Below, in pieces: positions 1-10,740 of a stretch of DNA of 64,000 nucleotides. The stretch comes from Neoechinorhynchus agilis (Eukaryota > Animalia > Acanthocephala), in contig CM121341.1 in NCBI GenBank assembly GCA_051530055.1, positions 7,542,784 through 7,606,783 of the forward strand. The letters run 5' to 3'. How positions within the stretch are numbered: position 1 is the first letter of the stretch; each line of letters starts with the position of its first letter. The translations under genes and the position numbers were made by a program. Below the pieces are notes generated by a model. It ran no database searches. It was not told the DNA's origin and worked only from the letters and a program-made list of their open reading frames with translations.

Positions 1-3000
1 TGCATTTGATATTCGTATCTTTGTTTGGTTTTGCTTCTGATTTTACCGATTTAAGTTCTTCCAAATAATCAATTCTTTTTTCAAGATAAATTGCCCTTTC
101 GTAATCTTCCTGGGAAACTATTTCATCCATATTTTCGTCCATCTCTTCATTACCATTTTCCGTCATCTCAGTGTAGTTTTTAGCCAACTCAGCGTACTTT
201 GCTTTGTAATCATCTTCCAAGAAAACACGGATTCTGATTTCATTTGAAAAAATTAGATTGTGCTTGGCATTTCTATTACTTCTAAAAATTCTGCTTTGGA
301 AGACGATTTAACTAATTTCATTCTTAAATAGTGTGCTAGAGACGCACTTTACATTCTAGAAACACTAAAAATCTCCATTGAAAGAAAAGTGGACACTTTC
401 CCTATCACAGGTGAATGCAAAATCCATGATATACCCTCAAATTTTCTGCGGCATTATTCTTCACCTCTTCCAGTTTCGGATCGAAATTTTTATCGACATC
501 CTTATTTTTCTGAATGAAACTGATGTGACTGTTTAAGTCAGTGCTCACATACTCGTTCCAAGGAGAGTTGCTAAACTTGTCGTCAATCTTAATCTTTATC
601 AAAGTCATGATATGATGATTATCCAGGACAACGATCATTTGAGCGTCTGATGTGAATCTGACGCAAAACGGATCGGATTGGAACACACGAATTCGTTTGT
701 AAGGAACTAAATTACGACAAAGATCGTCTTTGGAAGCTACATCAACTTTCGGATATAGCACTAAGTAACCACTCTGTACTCCAAGGACAAGTGCAAAAAA
801 CATGGTTTCCGCTGAGTCAGTATAGAAAAATGCATCTGAACAAGTTATTATTTGCTTCACAGTGTTTGAGTGAGTTCGCCGACTGCTTGACCTTTCAGGT
901 ACCCACAAATTACAATAACGATCAAGAACGATCACTCGGTCGTAATTGAGAATCGGGCAGAAGATATTGACTATTCCTTCGATGTCAATTTGATACTTGA
1001 AATGTCCAGAAATTGTGTGAATAATCGCGCAACCGGTTTTGCCGTATACTACCAAGTGAAGATCGTCCTTTAACCATCGTATATCATTGAACCCTACAGC
1101 AGGGATCGGTCGAATATTGTTGAAGTTAATTATTGTGGTCGATTGGTATTCTTGTGAGGAATGAAGTCTTTTGCTTATTTCGGATATTGTCGCGATGTGG
1201 GTTGAACCTGTTAGTTTTTTAAATAGAGCATTAATTTGAACTAAGTTTCTAAACATGAGTCATTGCAATTCTCTGAAGTGATCACAGATTAATGTTATGA
1301 AATCAAATTATAATTTTAAACTATAATTTTTCATTTAAATGACAAGTGCGCGAAAGTTTAAGCTGCTCTCATTTTTATAAAGTGATTTAATATTTATAGA
1401 AAAAGTGATTATCTTGCCCGTTTTCCCAGTAAGGATCGCCGACAATAAGCGACGTAATTTGGACGAATTCCCGCTTCTTAATCGATTGGGCATACAACCT
1501 CCGTCAAAAATCCGTATTTGTTTATTGCCGAGAACCGCTACCAGACTTCCCCTAGTATTAATCGCCGTTTTTTTCGCCCCTAATCCCAATACGGACTTAA
1601 CGGTTATTGGAACGAGAGTATCGAATTTTCTCACGAAGAAGTATAATTTGTCCAACAAATGAAGAAACACAACTAAAGTTGCCGATGAATTCATGGACAC
1701 ATCTATGAGATGAGTATCGTAACCCGTGTCGAAATCAAACAAATGTTGAATTGATTGTCCATTAGTTGCAATCCAAAAGCGCAAAATGCCCGTCGTGGTT
1801 GCCGTAACGAATACGGACTGAAATGGATCACCATCAAGGATCATGTGGGATCCTCGTTTATATTGATAGATGAGTTTACCCGTACAATTCAATCCGGTTG
1901 TGGCATCATACATTATTTTAATAATGGAATCATCTTCTGACATTACGAAGATATGTTTATCGCCTCCACATGGAGGGATTATTCTGCAAAGATCGGAGTA
2001 AACTACCGCATCTAATTCTTTTCCAACGGCTTGATTGTAAACTTGAGACCATTGGAAACTCATTATCCGCTCAACATTTTTACTGAGTGCAGAACACAAA
2101 TGAATATATTCAGCTGTAATAACAAATACAATCCTATCAGAGACTTCAATTTGCATAATATACAATGCATCTTCATCAATTCCTTCCTCCATCCACTTCT
2201 CAGGTCCTTTCTCGATCTGCAATTTCGTGTGCCAATCGCTTATATCAGCTCTTCACATTCCAAAACAGTAACCAGTTGGAATGTGGAGATCAGCGTACAT
2301 GCGTCGATGGCGAAAATTGATTTTCTGACAATATCCTAAGAGTACCATTGACGAATGCCAGCAGTAATGCCGATCCATACTCGGTCCTAATCCATGCACA
2401 ATCAGTTAAATATGGTCCGATAGTTCTAGATGAAAACCTTTGGCTTAATTCACCTGTATTGATTCCGTATTGGCTTAAATATTCAACATCTTGGGCTGAA
2501 ATGAATTCGGACAAACTATTTCGAATAGTCGAACCGAATCCCAGAGCTGCACCCAGTATTTGCATTGCCCGTTCCCCACCGCTAGCAACATCTAAAATCG
2601 GTCTTGTCTTCGAGTCATAAATCGTCATTGGCGATCGTAAATCATTATCCACATCGTGGATACAAAACAACTGAATGTTACTTCCATTCGACGCTACAGA
2701 CAAGATGGACGGGCGACCTGGACAAAACATAATGTAAGGCACTCGTAATTTCCTAGCAGTGTTATTCTTTAAAATACTCGGTTTTAAGTTCTCAAACTCA
2801 TTAGAAAACGTCATGGCTCGATTAAAGTCACATTCAAATCTTTTCGTTCTTTTTTCTTTGGTCTTAAGATGGAAAATTGATACCTCAACAATGTTGACCT
2901 TACTTCCTGAATGCCTGTAAAGGCTTTCAGTAGTCGTAGGGGAATCGACGGGTTGGTGACAAATTGCTATACGGGAGTCGTCATCGGAGAAAGCTATACA

Positions 3001-3324
3001 GTAAATCGCATCTACAGATGACCACTCACTGTGGCGTTCGTTTACAATCTTATAAGTGTTACCATCTAAAATCCGAATGTAGGTTAAATTTGGGAGTTGA
3101 AGCTCATTTTGCTCTTCACAAAGCATTGCTATTTGTCTACCACTTGGACTTCTGAAGAGTCCGTAAACGTACTTGTGTATTAGACGCGGCTTTTCTGGTT
3201 GTTGAGCATTGACTGTAAGCACTGAACACCCAGATAAAATCAGAATTTCGTCTTGTTTTATGGTTTGTGTAGTTGAGTACGGGTTCTCCTTGCAATCGAT
3301 TCCGTAAGAGAATGCAATATCCAT
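1..3324 (-). CDS. WD40-repeat (beta-propeller) protein with acidic/coiled-coil C-terminal region, resembling CFAP43/CFAP44-type ciliary proteins; multi-exon, runs off the window start
   Basis: Three long same-strand ORFs (2290-3324, 1335-2222, 405-1256) are separated by less than 100 nt. There is a 33-nt GT..AG intron at 402-434 and a further open exon at about 1-280 (RVFLEDDYKAKYAELAKNY...). WD-like blades include IYCIAFSDDDSRIAICHQ and LIDVSMNSSATLVVF. The N-terminus AFSYGIDCKEN..ILILSGCSVLTV resembles the first blade of CFAP44/CFAP57 as I recall them. Confidence 0.6.
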
Positions 3325-3812
3325 TTAAGTGATAGCAATGAAAAGGAGCTAACAATGCATTTGAATGGATATGTCGCATAGCAACGGTATAGAACTTTGT
3401 AGAAAAATGTTACTATTTGCTGGCTTATTTGAGACTAAGACGTCTCTTGAATATTGCGCAGTATTGAACGGTTTGGAAAATATTCGTAAGGACCAAGTTT
3501 CAGGTAAGAAGCATCAACGGCAAACACAATATAAAAATACGGTAGGTATGGATTCAAGCTTCATATTGTAGAATCTCAAGAAAACTCGTACACTGAATGG
3601 CATAATGACTTCAAACGCATTTAATCGAAAAGGTTTATTAAATGCCTTTTAAAGGAATGACATTAACGACAGCACCTCGGCAACCAAACACTAATAAACG
3701 AGCTCGAATCTTAAATGAATGCGTGAGCGAAAAACTGATAGATCACGAAGTAGAAGTCGTTTCTTAACGGCTCCAGTTTAAAAAAGTACCCATTTTTGTT
3801 ATTAAAAAACGT

Positions 3813-6800
3813 ATGGAACCAGATTATTCCACGTCCAACGAATATTTCTGGAGTGCACATGCAGACATCAGCTGTCCACTCGCTTCGATTTCTGAGGAAA
3901 ATGTTCCTCCTGCGATCATAATCGATAAAAATGAAGGCAGTCAGCAATCAGTGATCGATGATAGTTCATCCGAATACAAAACTGCAATGGGCACACTTAA
4001 AGAAAGGTACAATTATCTTAAAAAGTTTTCTCTAATCAAAGCACTGGACGAGTTTTTAGTCGTTCGACAAAGGAGGAACCAAAGGTTTTGCTCTCGGAAG
4101 CTGCAAGTACACGGCTCCATCTACTTCGAAACAAGCTCAGAGAAAGGACTTTGCTTGTCTACCACGAAATCGCAAGAATTACGGACGATGAAGCTCTAAT
4201 GGATTATTCATCGTCCATTGATGAGGATGATGTGCTGAAAAATTATCATATAACTTCTAGCCCACCGACCACAACTCATCCATCAATCCAAAAGGAATCT
4301 TCGCATTGCAAAACGGACGATTCTAGCAATTCGGACGATGAATTCCTTGTCATCTCAACTTTTTCGGGAAACGAAGATGAATATTATAGCGCAGAGAAAC
4401 AAAGGTCATTGTACCTTAAATTGTCAGGTACTTTGTCTCAAATTTGTAAATGTTTCCATTCATGGATCTAAAAGGTTCATTTCGACTGTCGTGGACGACA
4501 ATTGTGACCATGGTGTTCATTTACAATTTCATCTCAATACCGCTCAGAATCTCATTTCCGGTTCGGATGCGTGCCGATGGTGTTGGAATTGTGATCTGCG
4601 CAGCTTGACTCACTCTTTTGTTTTCTGTAAATGGTAAATTTTCAAAAAAATTTTTCGACAATTCGCATCGATTATTACTTTTAATTTCTTTGCTCAATCG
4701 TTTATTTCGACTTGGCATTTTTACTTGGTTCAACGAAGACATTCAATCTAAATTTTTTTTGATCTTATTTCCTTTGGGTTCTGTCCGTTGAGGAATTTTA
4801 GTCTTTTGTTGCTCTCCAAAATGTTACAATTTTACCGGCGTACACAATCTTAACATGAAAAATTCATTCTCCATATTTTTGAGCCATTTAGAAATTAGCT
4901 TAGTCCCAATTTTTTGTATTAAACATCTTAATTTCCTGTCGAGTTTCGTAGATGAATCAGTTTAAAAGAGAAATTCGCGCTAACAATTTGGATTTTTTAA
5001 AGTTTCTCATGAGAAATCAATCGGCTTGCTTCCCATTATTTACGACAACAAATAGATTTTATTGGTTTTCGCTTGATTATTTGGGAGACGTGATTAACTT
5101 TATCGATATAATGGTAAATAGTAGATTAGAGTATCTCGAAAACGGATTATGGCAAGTGAGTTTGTTACCCTAAAGATCTTAATCCGACGATGCCCAGAGA
5201 GATCCAAAACGGATGTTGTGGAAGTACATTCGGTCATTGCATTTTAAACTGGACGTTTTGTCTCTTGTTCCATCCGATGTTCTTTATTTTTGGATTGATC
5301 ATTATTCTCTTTTGCGAACCAATCGCCTCCTGAAATTTCGTGCTCTCCTGTTGTTATTTGAACAATGGGACACAATATCCCAGAAACTCGCTATTGTCAT
5401 AAGGTAAGAATCCCATTGCACTTTTCGCTAAAGACCAAACAGACTAAGTCGGACATTGACGTTAATGTTGATGCTCAATCACATTTATGCTTGTGTTTTT
5501 TATCGAATTTCAATCAGATACGAAGATCGACTTGTTGTTTTTAGTAAATGGAAAAACCTGTCAGCGATTTATCAGGGCACTACGTAAGTTATTTCGATAA
5601 ATGTCATCGATTAATCAAATTGTAGGTATGGATATTGCTTCTTTTATTGCTTCAAAGTGGTGACTTGTATTGGAGATAATCCCGAGCCAACACGATTATC
5701 CGAATACATTTTCCTTACTGTTGGTTACGTGAGTGCCATGTTCATTTTTGCTGTAATGATGGGACAGGTAAGGGCGTTCAAAAAAAAGTTTTAAAGGAGA
5801 CAATGTCGTTTTTTTCAAAAGGTCCGTGATGTATTTCAAGCACTCAGTTCTTTAGAAACAAAATATCGATTTGTCGTTGATCGATGTTTGTCCTGTGCGA
5901 CGAATCTCGATCTAAATATTGGTGCTCGTAAAAGAATTCGCGAATGGTTTGACTATAATTGGGAACAAAGGAGAACGCTCGGTACGTTCACTCGAGTTAG
6001 TCAAATAAAAATTGAAAAGTAGACGAGAATGATTTTCTTTGCATACTTCCACCGACTCTAAAAACGGAACTAGCAATCAGTGTTCATTTCGATACTTTGT
6101 CTAAAGTTCTTCTATTTAAGGTTTGTTGTCGCCAACTAAAATGTGTGGTAACATTTTGTTTTTAGAATTGTGAGAGAGCGCTACTTTATGCTTTGGTACT
6201 AAAACTTAAAAATGTATTATTTCTGCCCGGAGATTATATCTGCAAAAAGGTTTGTTTCATTTCACAAAGACAAAAAAATTATTTTTTTGCGATAAGAAAA
6301 CCAATTCGTCTTCAAAAATAAAGAAGCCGAGATTGTTCTAAGAACCACTGTTTCGCTGCAAAAATTATGTTTTTTCTTTGAATTTTCCAGCATTCGAACA
6401 ACGAGTTAACTGCGTTTCCTATTCAAAAGGCCATTTTTAGGGGGATGTTGGCAGTGAAATGTTCATTATCGCAAGTGGATTCCTTGACGTTTACGTTCTC
6501 GATAATGAAATCGCCGTCACCCTAAAAGCCGGAAACGTCTTTGGTGAAATCAGGTTGTTTTTTTCACCAAAGAATATTTCGCATTAATGTTTTTAATTAA
6601 AAAGTCTTTTAACAGCGGGTGGCCGTCGTACTGCGGACGTCAAATCCCGAGGCTATTCTCGATTATTTGCATTGAGCAAATCGGATTTTAAGGAAGTCAT
6701 GGATAGTTTTCCTGATGCGTTAAGACTTTTAAAACGTAAAGTTGATAAGACAACCAAGATGGACGCTCAAAAAAGAGCAAATGAACAACGTAGTCTTTAT

Positions 6801-7280
6801 AGACCAATTGAAGGTCGGGGCTCAGATGGCCGTTTCACTAATTGGTTGCATCAAAGCCTTGCGATGCCTGAAATGCTCCAGCGATCGAACAAGCAGCCAC
6901 GATTGATTGAAACTGTCTTTCAGGCAGTGGAAGCTTCTCGCCTCGCATTTAAGCATCGATTCAAGGAGATTGGCCGTGCGTTAGGTTTGGTGGCACCGGA
7001 AGGCGACCGTCAAAGTACCAATAAAAGTCAGGTGATTACTACAACCGAACGAACAACGGTTAATGTCCGATGCTGGACAGCGTTGGACACTGCGATTGAA
7101 CGGAGTTCATTGAGCACTGAAGACAACGGCGGTTTGAATGATCATTTTGAGTGCATGTCGGAAAATGAGGATGTTACCGGAGAAAGCATCAATACATTCG
7201 TCGCATTTTTGACGGACTCTTATTACTCCTGTGAAGCAGATTTCGATTCAGAGAATGATGAGAAACTCGCTAGACCTTAA
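3813..7280 (+). CDS. Cyclic nucleotide-gated cation channel, beta-subunit-like; about 11 exons; start codon uncertain (3813, or further upstream near 3365)
   Basis: Spliced translation gives S1 (SWTTIVTMVFIYNFISIPLRISFP), S2 (FYWFSLDYLGDVINFIDI), S3/S4 (FKLDVLSLVPSD..LLRTNRLLKF), pore (KVVTCIGDNPEP), C-linker (VRDVF..RIREWFDYNWEQRRTLDENDFLCILP) and CNBD (PGDYICKKGDVGSEMFII..GNVFGEISLLTAGGRRTADV). Most introns are short GT..AG, e.g. 5156-5197. Confidence 0.93.
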
Positions 7281-7883
7281 AAATTCACAATGATCGTACA
7301 ATAAAAAGAATAATCTCTAAGAAAGCATTCTTAAGACGAACGTTCAATGTTTAGTTGAGTTGTTTTGGTTAATTTTGAAAAAGAATAACAGCTTTCCAGA
7401 AGTTTTATCTCAATTCAACTAATAGAAAAATCAACTTCTTTTAGTTTATTGCGATTCGAGAACTTCATTTTACAAAGCGAACATTACTGAGACCATTCAA
7501 ATTCCCGTTCAAAAATATGCCCAAGAGTGTAATCCTTTTCTAACGCACGAGCTATCAAAGTTCAATTTTCTGTGAGTCTTTAGTCTTTTAATCACCGAGA
7601 GAAAATCCTTCGGGATTATCCCCCGGATAAAACGTATTTTATTAGATTGACTTATAAAGGCTTGACGTTCTCGCGAAATATTTCAATCTAAAAAGTCAGC
7701 TTTTGTTCTTTTTACTATTTCGAAAATTTTGCGAGTTCTACACTGCCGATTTTGTTCATTTTTGCCAAAGAAATTAAATGGTAGCGCTTAAAGTTCCATT
7801 AATAAAAACGAGCCGTTTAAATGTGCAACTCGTATCTAGGCTACAGATTTGAAGAGTATTCAATAAGTGGATTTTTAGAGAAA

Positions 7884-8213
7884 ATGGGCGGATGCCACAG
7901 TAGACAAGTGGAGGAAAGTGCGGGTATTAATGAAAATGCTTTTGTTAGCAAAGATGAGTTCGAAGAGAGCGAATCTAACATCGACGACTTGCTCGATTGC
8001 CTGGAGAGAAATGATGACAAAAGTTGCAACTCCGATGATTCGAGAAAAGATTATGGCAAACGAATAAAAGACTTTAGAAAACGCGATAATTCCATGTACG
8101 AATACGGCACAGAGTTCACGGACTGTTATATTGCTGATCATTTGTTTAAAATTCTTAGAGGACTTTTGACAACTGCAACAATTTTTTTTATTTTTCAAAG
8201 ATTGTTTCACTAA
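7884..8213 (+). CDS. Small hypothetical protein with possible N-myristoylation/palmitoylation start (MGGCHS) and hydrophobic C-terminus
   Basis: Part of ORF 7821-8213. Acidic middle region and C-terminal LRGLLTTATIFFIFQRLFH. No recognised family. Confidence 0.4.
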   Translation: MGGCHSRQVEESAGINENAFVSKDEFEESESNIDDLLDCLERNDDKSCNSDDSRKDYGKRIKDFRKRDNSMYEYGTEFTDCYIADHLFKILRGLLTTATIFFIFQRLFH

Positions 8214-8299
8214 AACGCAATAATAAATTTTTCCGGTTTGATAGTTGGAATATAATAAAACGTTTTAATAATGAACAAAGGTCGGGGGGGGTGCGATAG

Positions 8300-8465
8300 A
8301 GTTTGTGAGGTTCAGTCTCTCCTCTGGTTCATTTCGGTTTATGATATCCAAGAAGATTGGGAAGTACGGGAAAAAAAGAGTGGAGGGAAGATGAATTGGG
8401 ATTACGAGTGTTGTGCTCATGTGAAAATGGGATAAAAATTATGGTTGAAGGGTTGAGCGGCCTTT
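8300..8465 (-). mobile_element. Decayed 3' fragment of a LINE (CR1/L2/Jockey-group), related to 16990-17230
   Basis: Shares GGATTACGAGTGTTGTGCTC(A/G)(T/C)GTGAAAA and flanking sequence with about 17095-17175. Confidence 0.5.
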
Positions 8466-9291
8466 CGATTATTTTTAAAATCAATTGATCAAATTTTAAA
8501 GGTTTTATACGAATCGCACGACTCTTCTCGTAAGGATCTTAAAAGAATCTCGAATTCAATAAAATCTCCATGAGCCAAAAATCGATTGCAAATGCGATTT
8601 CCTATCAGTTTATTACGGCTGCGATCGATTTGTATCCGTAATTGACAACGACAAAGCCCGGCCCTCCACAAATTCCAAACGGGGTCCCTCCTCGTCAATA
8701 AAACGTCAGACGTTTAAGGCATAATTTAAAGTCGTAAATCGAATTGCCTTTCTTCACAACAATCGTAAAATCGCATCATCATCCGCTTTTTGAACCGAGA
8801 AGGATCTACCGTTTCAGAGCTCCTCAATTATTTTGTCTCTATTTCGCTTGCTCCAACAAAACCGTTTCGGTGTTGGCGTCAATGAGGAGATGTCTCGAAA
8901 CACGAAAATAAGCTCTAAAAACGTTTAAAACATCTTTGAGTGAAATTCGATTGATTTTCTGTTCAATTGATGGAAATCGATTCGTATCTGATGGGCTTCG
9001 TTCTCAATGAAACGATGCGACGAATTATGGATTTATTTTCTCGTTAACTTTTTACTTTTTTCATTTTATCAGATTTTTCTGACAAGGAAAGCTGAATTGA
9101 ACGCCTTGTTTATTTCTAAATGTCTTTAGTGAACTTTCAATTCGAAAATCTATTCATCGATGTGCGCAAAAAGTCGGATTTTAGATTGAATATTCGTTTC
9201 TGGATTCTTTAAAATACTCTTTTTTTTGATTGAATCATCAGATCTTTGATCTCACAAGCAAGGACCAGTTTTTCAGAAACCAAATAGAAAT

Positions 9292-9630
9292 CTAACAAAT
9301 ATCGCACATTTTTGGGCAAAACGTCTTTATAAAGTTATTAGCGCAGTAGTTTTTTTGCTGTAGACCGGCGCAGGCTTCGTTGTGATCGTGGCATCCTAAA
9401 ATGTGAGTTTCTCCCAATTGGGGATAATATTTTACGATCATCTCAGCGATTTCAGAATTTAGATCATTGCGGTTAATGTCAACACTCATTTCTTCAATGA
9501 ATTGTTCAACACTCATTGTAGCGAAGAAATCCGGGACCGAAGGTAATGGCGATGGAGTTGGATGGCTTCCGATTGGAATAAGCACCGATTGAATCAATAT
9601 TAATGCCGCCATCATTGAATTACTCTGCAT
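9292..9630 (-). CDS. Small secreted ShKT (ShK toxin-like) domain protein, intronless
   Basis: Hydrophobic signal peptide MMAALILIQSVLIPIGS. The C-terminal CHDHNEACAGLQQKNYCANNFIKTFCPKMCDIC has the six-Cys ShKT spacing C-x6-C-x8-C-x8-C-x3-C-x2-C. Confidence 0.85.
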   Translation of the reverse strand: MQSNSMMAALILIQSVLIPIGSHPTPSPLPSVPDFFATMSVEQFIEEMSVDINRNDLNSEIAEMIVKYYPQLGETHILGCHDHNEACAGLQQKNYCANNFIKTFCPKMCDIC

Positions 9631-9928
9631 CGCGTTGTTTAGAGTTTTCAGTGGAAAAATAACTCGTAAAATCGACTGACTTATCATAAATTTGCGCAGT
9701 CATGAAGAGATTAGAAGATAAGCACGTCTTTGTGAGTGTCATTTGCGCTTTTCTCATTTTAATTAAAGTTTACAGGAAGCTGCGAAAAACCCATCTTAGG
9801 ACTTGGGATGAATCTGCTCGTATTTTTGGACCAATCGACGTTTCTAAATGCTCTTTTTTTAAATGTACACTCTAAAATATCAGATGAAACAGTAATAAAT
9901 GTTTTTCTGCCATTCAGTCTTACACGAG

Positions 9929-10345
9929 TCAGAATGTTGTTGGAAATCTCACTTTTACAAGAGGCACTTCAATATCCTTGTCAAAAGTTCCCGAGACAGA
10001 AACTGGAACTTGAACATAATTAAGAAAAAGAAGCCTATTATTCCTTCGCGGGTCTTCAACTCTTACATTTATAGCATAAACATTTTTAAAGTCGATCATC
10101 TCTCGGTCGTATCTTAAGTTGAATTTGACAGGAAATCTCGGTGGATAAAAGATGAGTTCTCTTGCCAGTGGTTTAACATTATTGCCCCGTTGGCTGATTT
10201 GATCCAAACGAACCTTGACAATCGCGCCTTTTGGAAAGTGATTATTGGCTGTAATCGTCCCATTAACGGTCCCAATCGAATCATATTGGCTCGATGGCAA
10301 TTCAATAACGATCGCAGCAACCAGAAGTAGTAAAGTAAAACCCAT
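9929..10345 (-). CDS. Secreted YbaY/YscW-family (bacterial lipoprotein-fold) protein, intronless
   Basis: Signal peptide followed by TVNGTIT..FPKGAIVKVRLDQIS..LARELI..FPVKFNLRYD..ID..VYAINVRVE..RLLFLN..PV..IEVPLVKV. This follows the YbaY pattern VSGTV..LPPDAVLTVTLSDAS..LAQ..PFSFVLSFN..LSAAI..KLVFIT..LTLVPV as recalled. No lipobox Cys. Confidence 0.75.
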   Translation of the reverse strand: MGFTLLLLVAAIVIELPSSQYDSIGTVNGTITANNHFPKGAIVKVRLDQISQRGNNVKPLARELIFYPPRFPVKFNLRYDREMIDFKNVYAINVRVEDPRRNNRLLFLNYVQVPVSVSGTFDKDIEVPLVKVRFPTTF

Positions 10346-10740
10346 TAATCAAACGTGACTTTATTGTAAAGAAAAATTAAAGGATTCAAAAAATCTGTTA
10401 CCGCCAGGTAACATAGCGTCAAATCTGTGGCACTGAACAAAGTTAAAAATGAGACGAGAGGTATTGATTTGCGCCGATCAGTGGCCATTTCTACGATTCC
10501 AATATCACGAAAATTTGTTCAAAACAAATATTGGCGAAGTTTACAATTGCTAATCAAGATTCTAATGAAGCAATGCGCGTGAGAATGTTCGGTTCTTTTG
10601 ATATTAAACATTTATAGCTTTGAATTTTTCTAAAAATTTTGATTTGAGATTTCTATAATCCTTTTTTTGTTCTCGCTTTAAATTTGTTGATTTGCCACTT
10701 TCGCATTTTACTTATGTTGAATATCCATTCGCAATTTCCT

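Noticed and set aside
1257-1420. Second WD40-gene intron as another hairpin-bounded intron (GTCATTTAAAT / ATTGCAATGAC)
   Set aside because: The pairing is weak and AT-rich, GC-AG and GT-AG solutions exist, and no conserved motif fixes the junction.
3365-3650. ORF 3365-3571 as the CNG start or as a separate micro-gene
   Set aside because: It begins only 40 nt from the divergent WD40 ATG, and the obvious splice leads to an early stop. It cannot be assigned.
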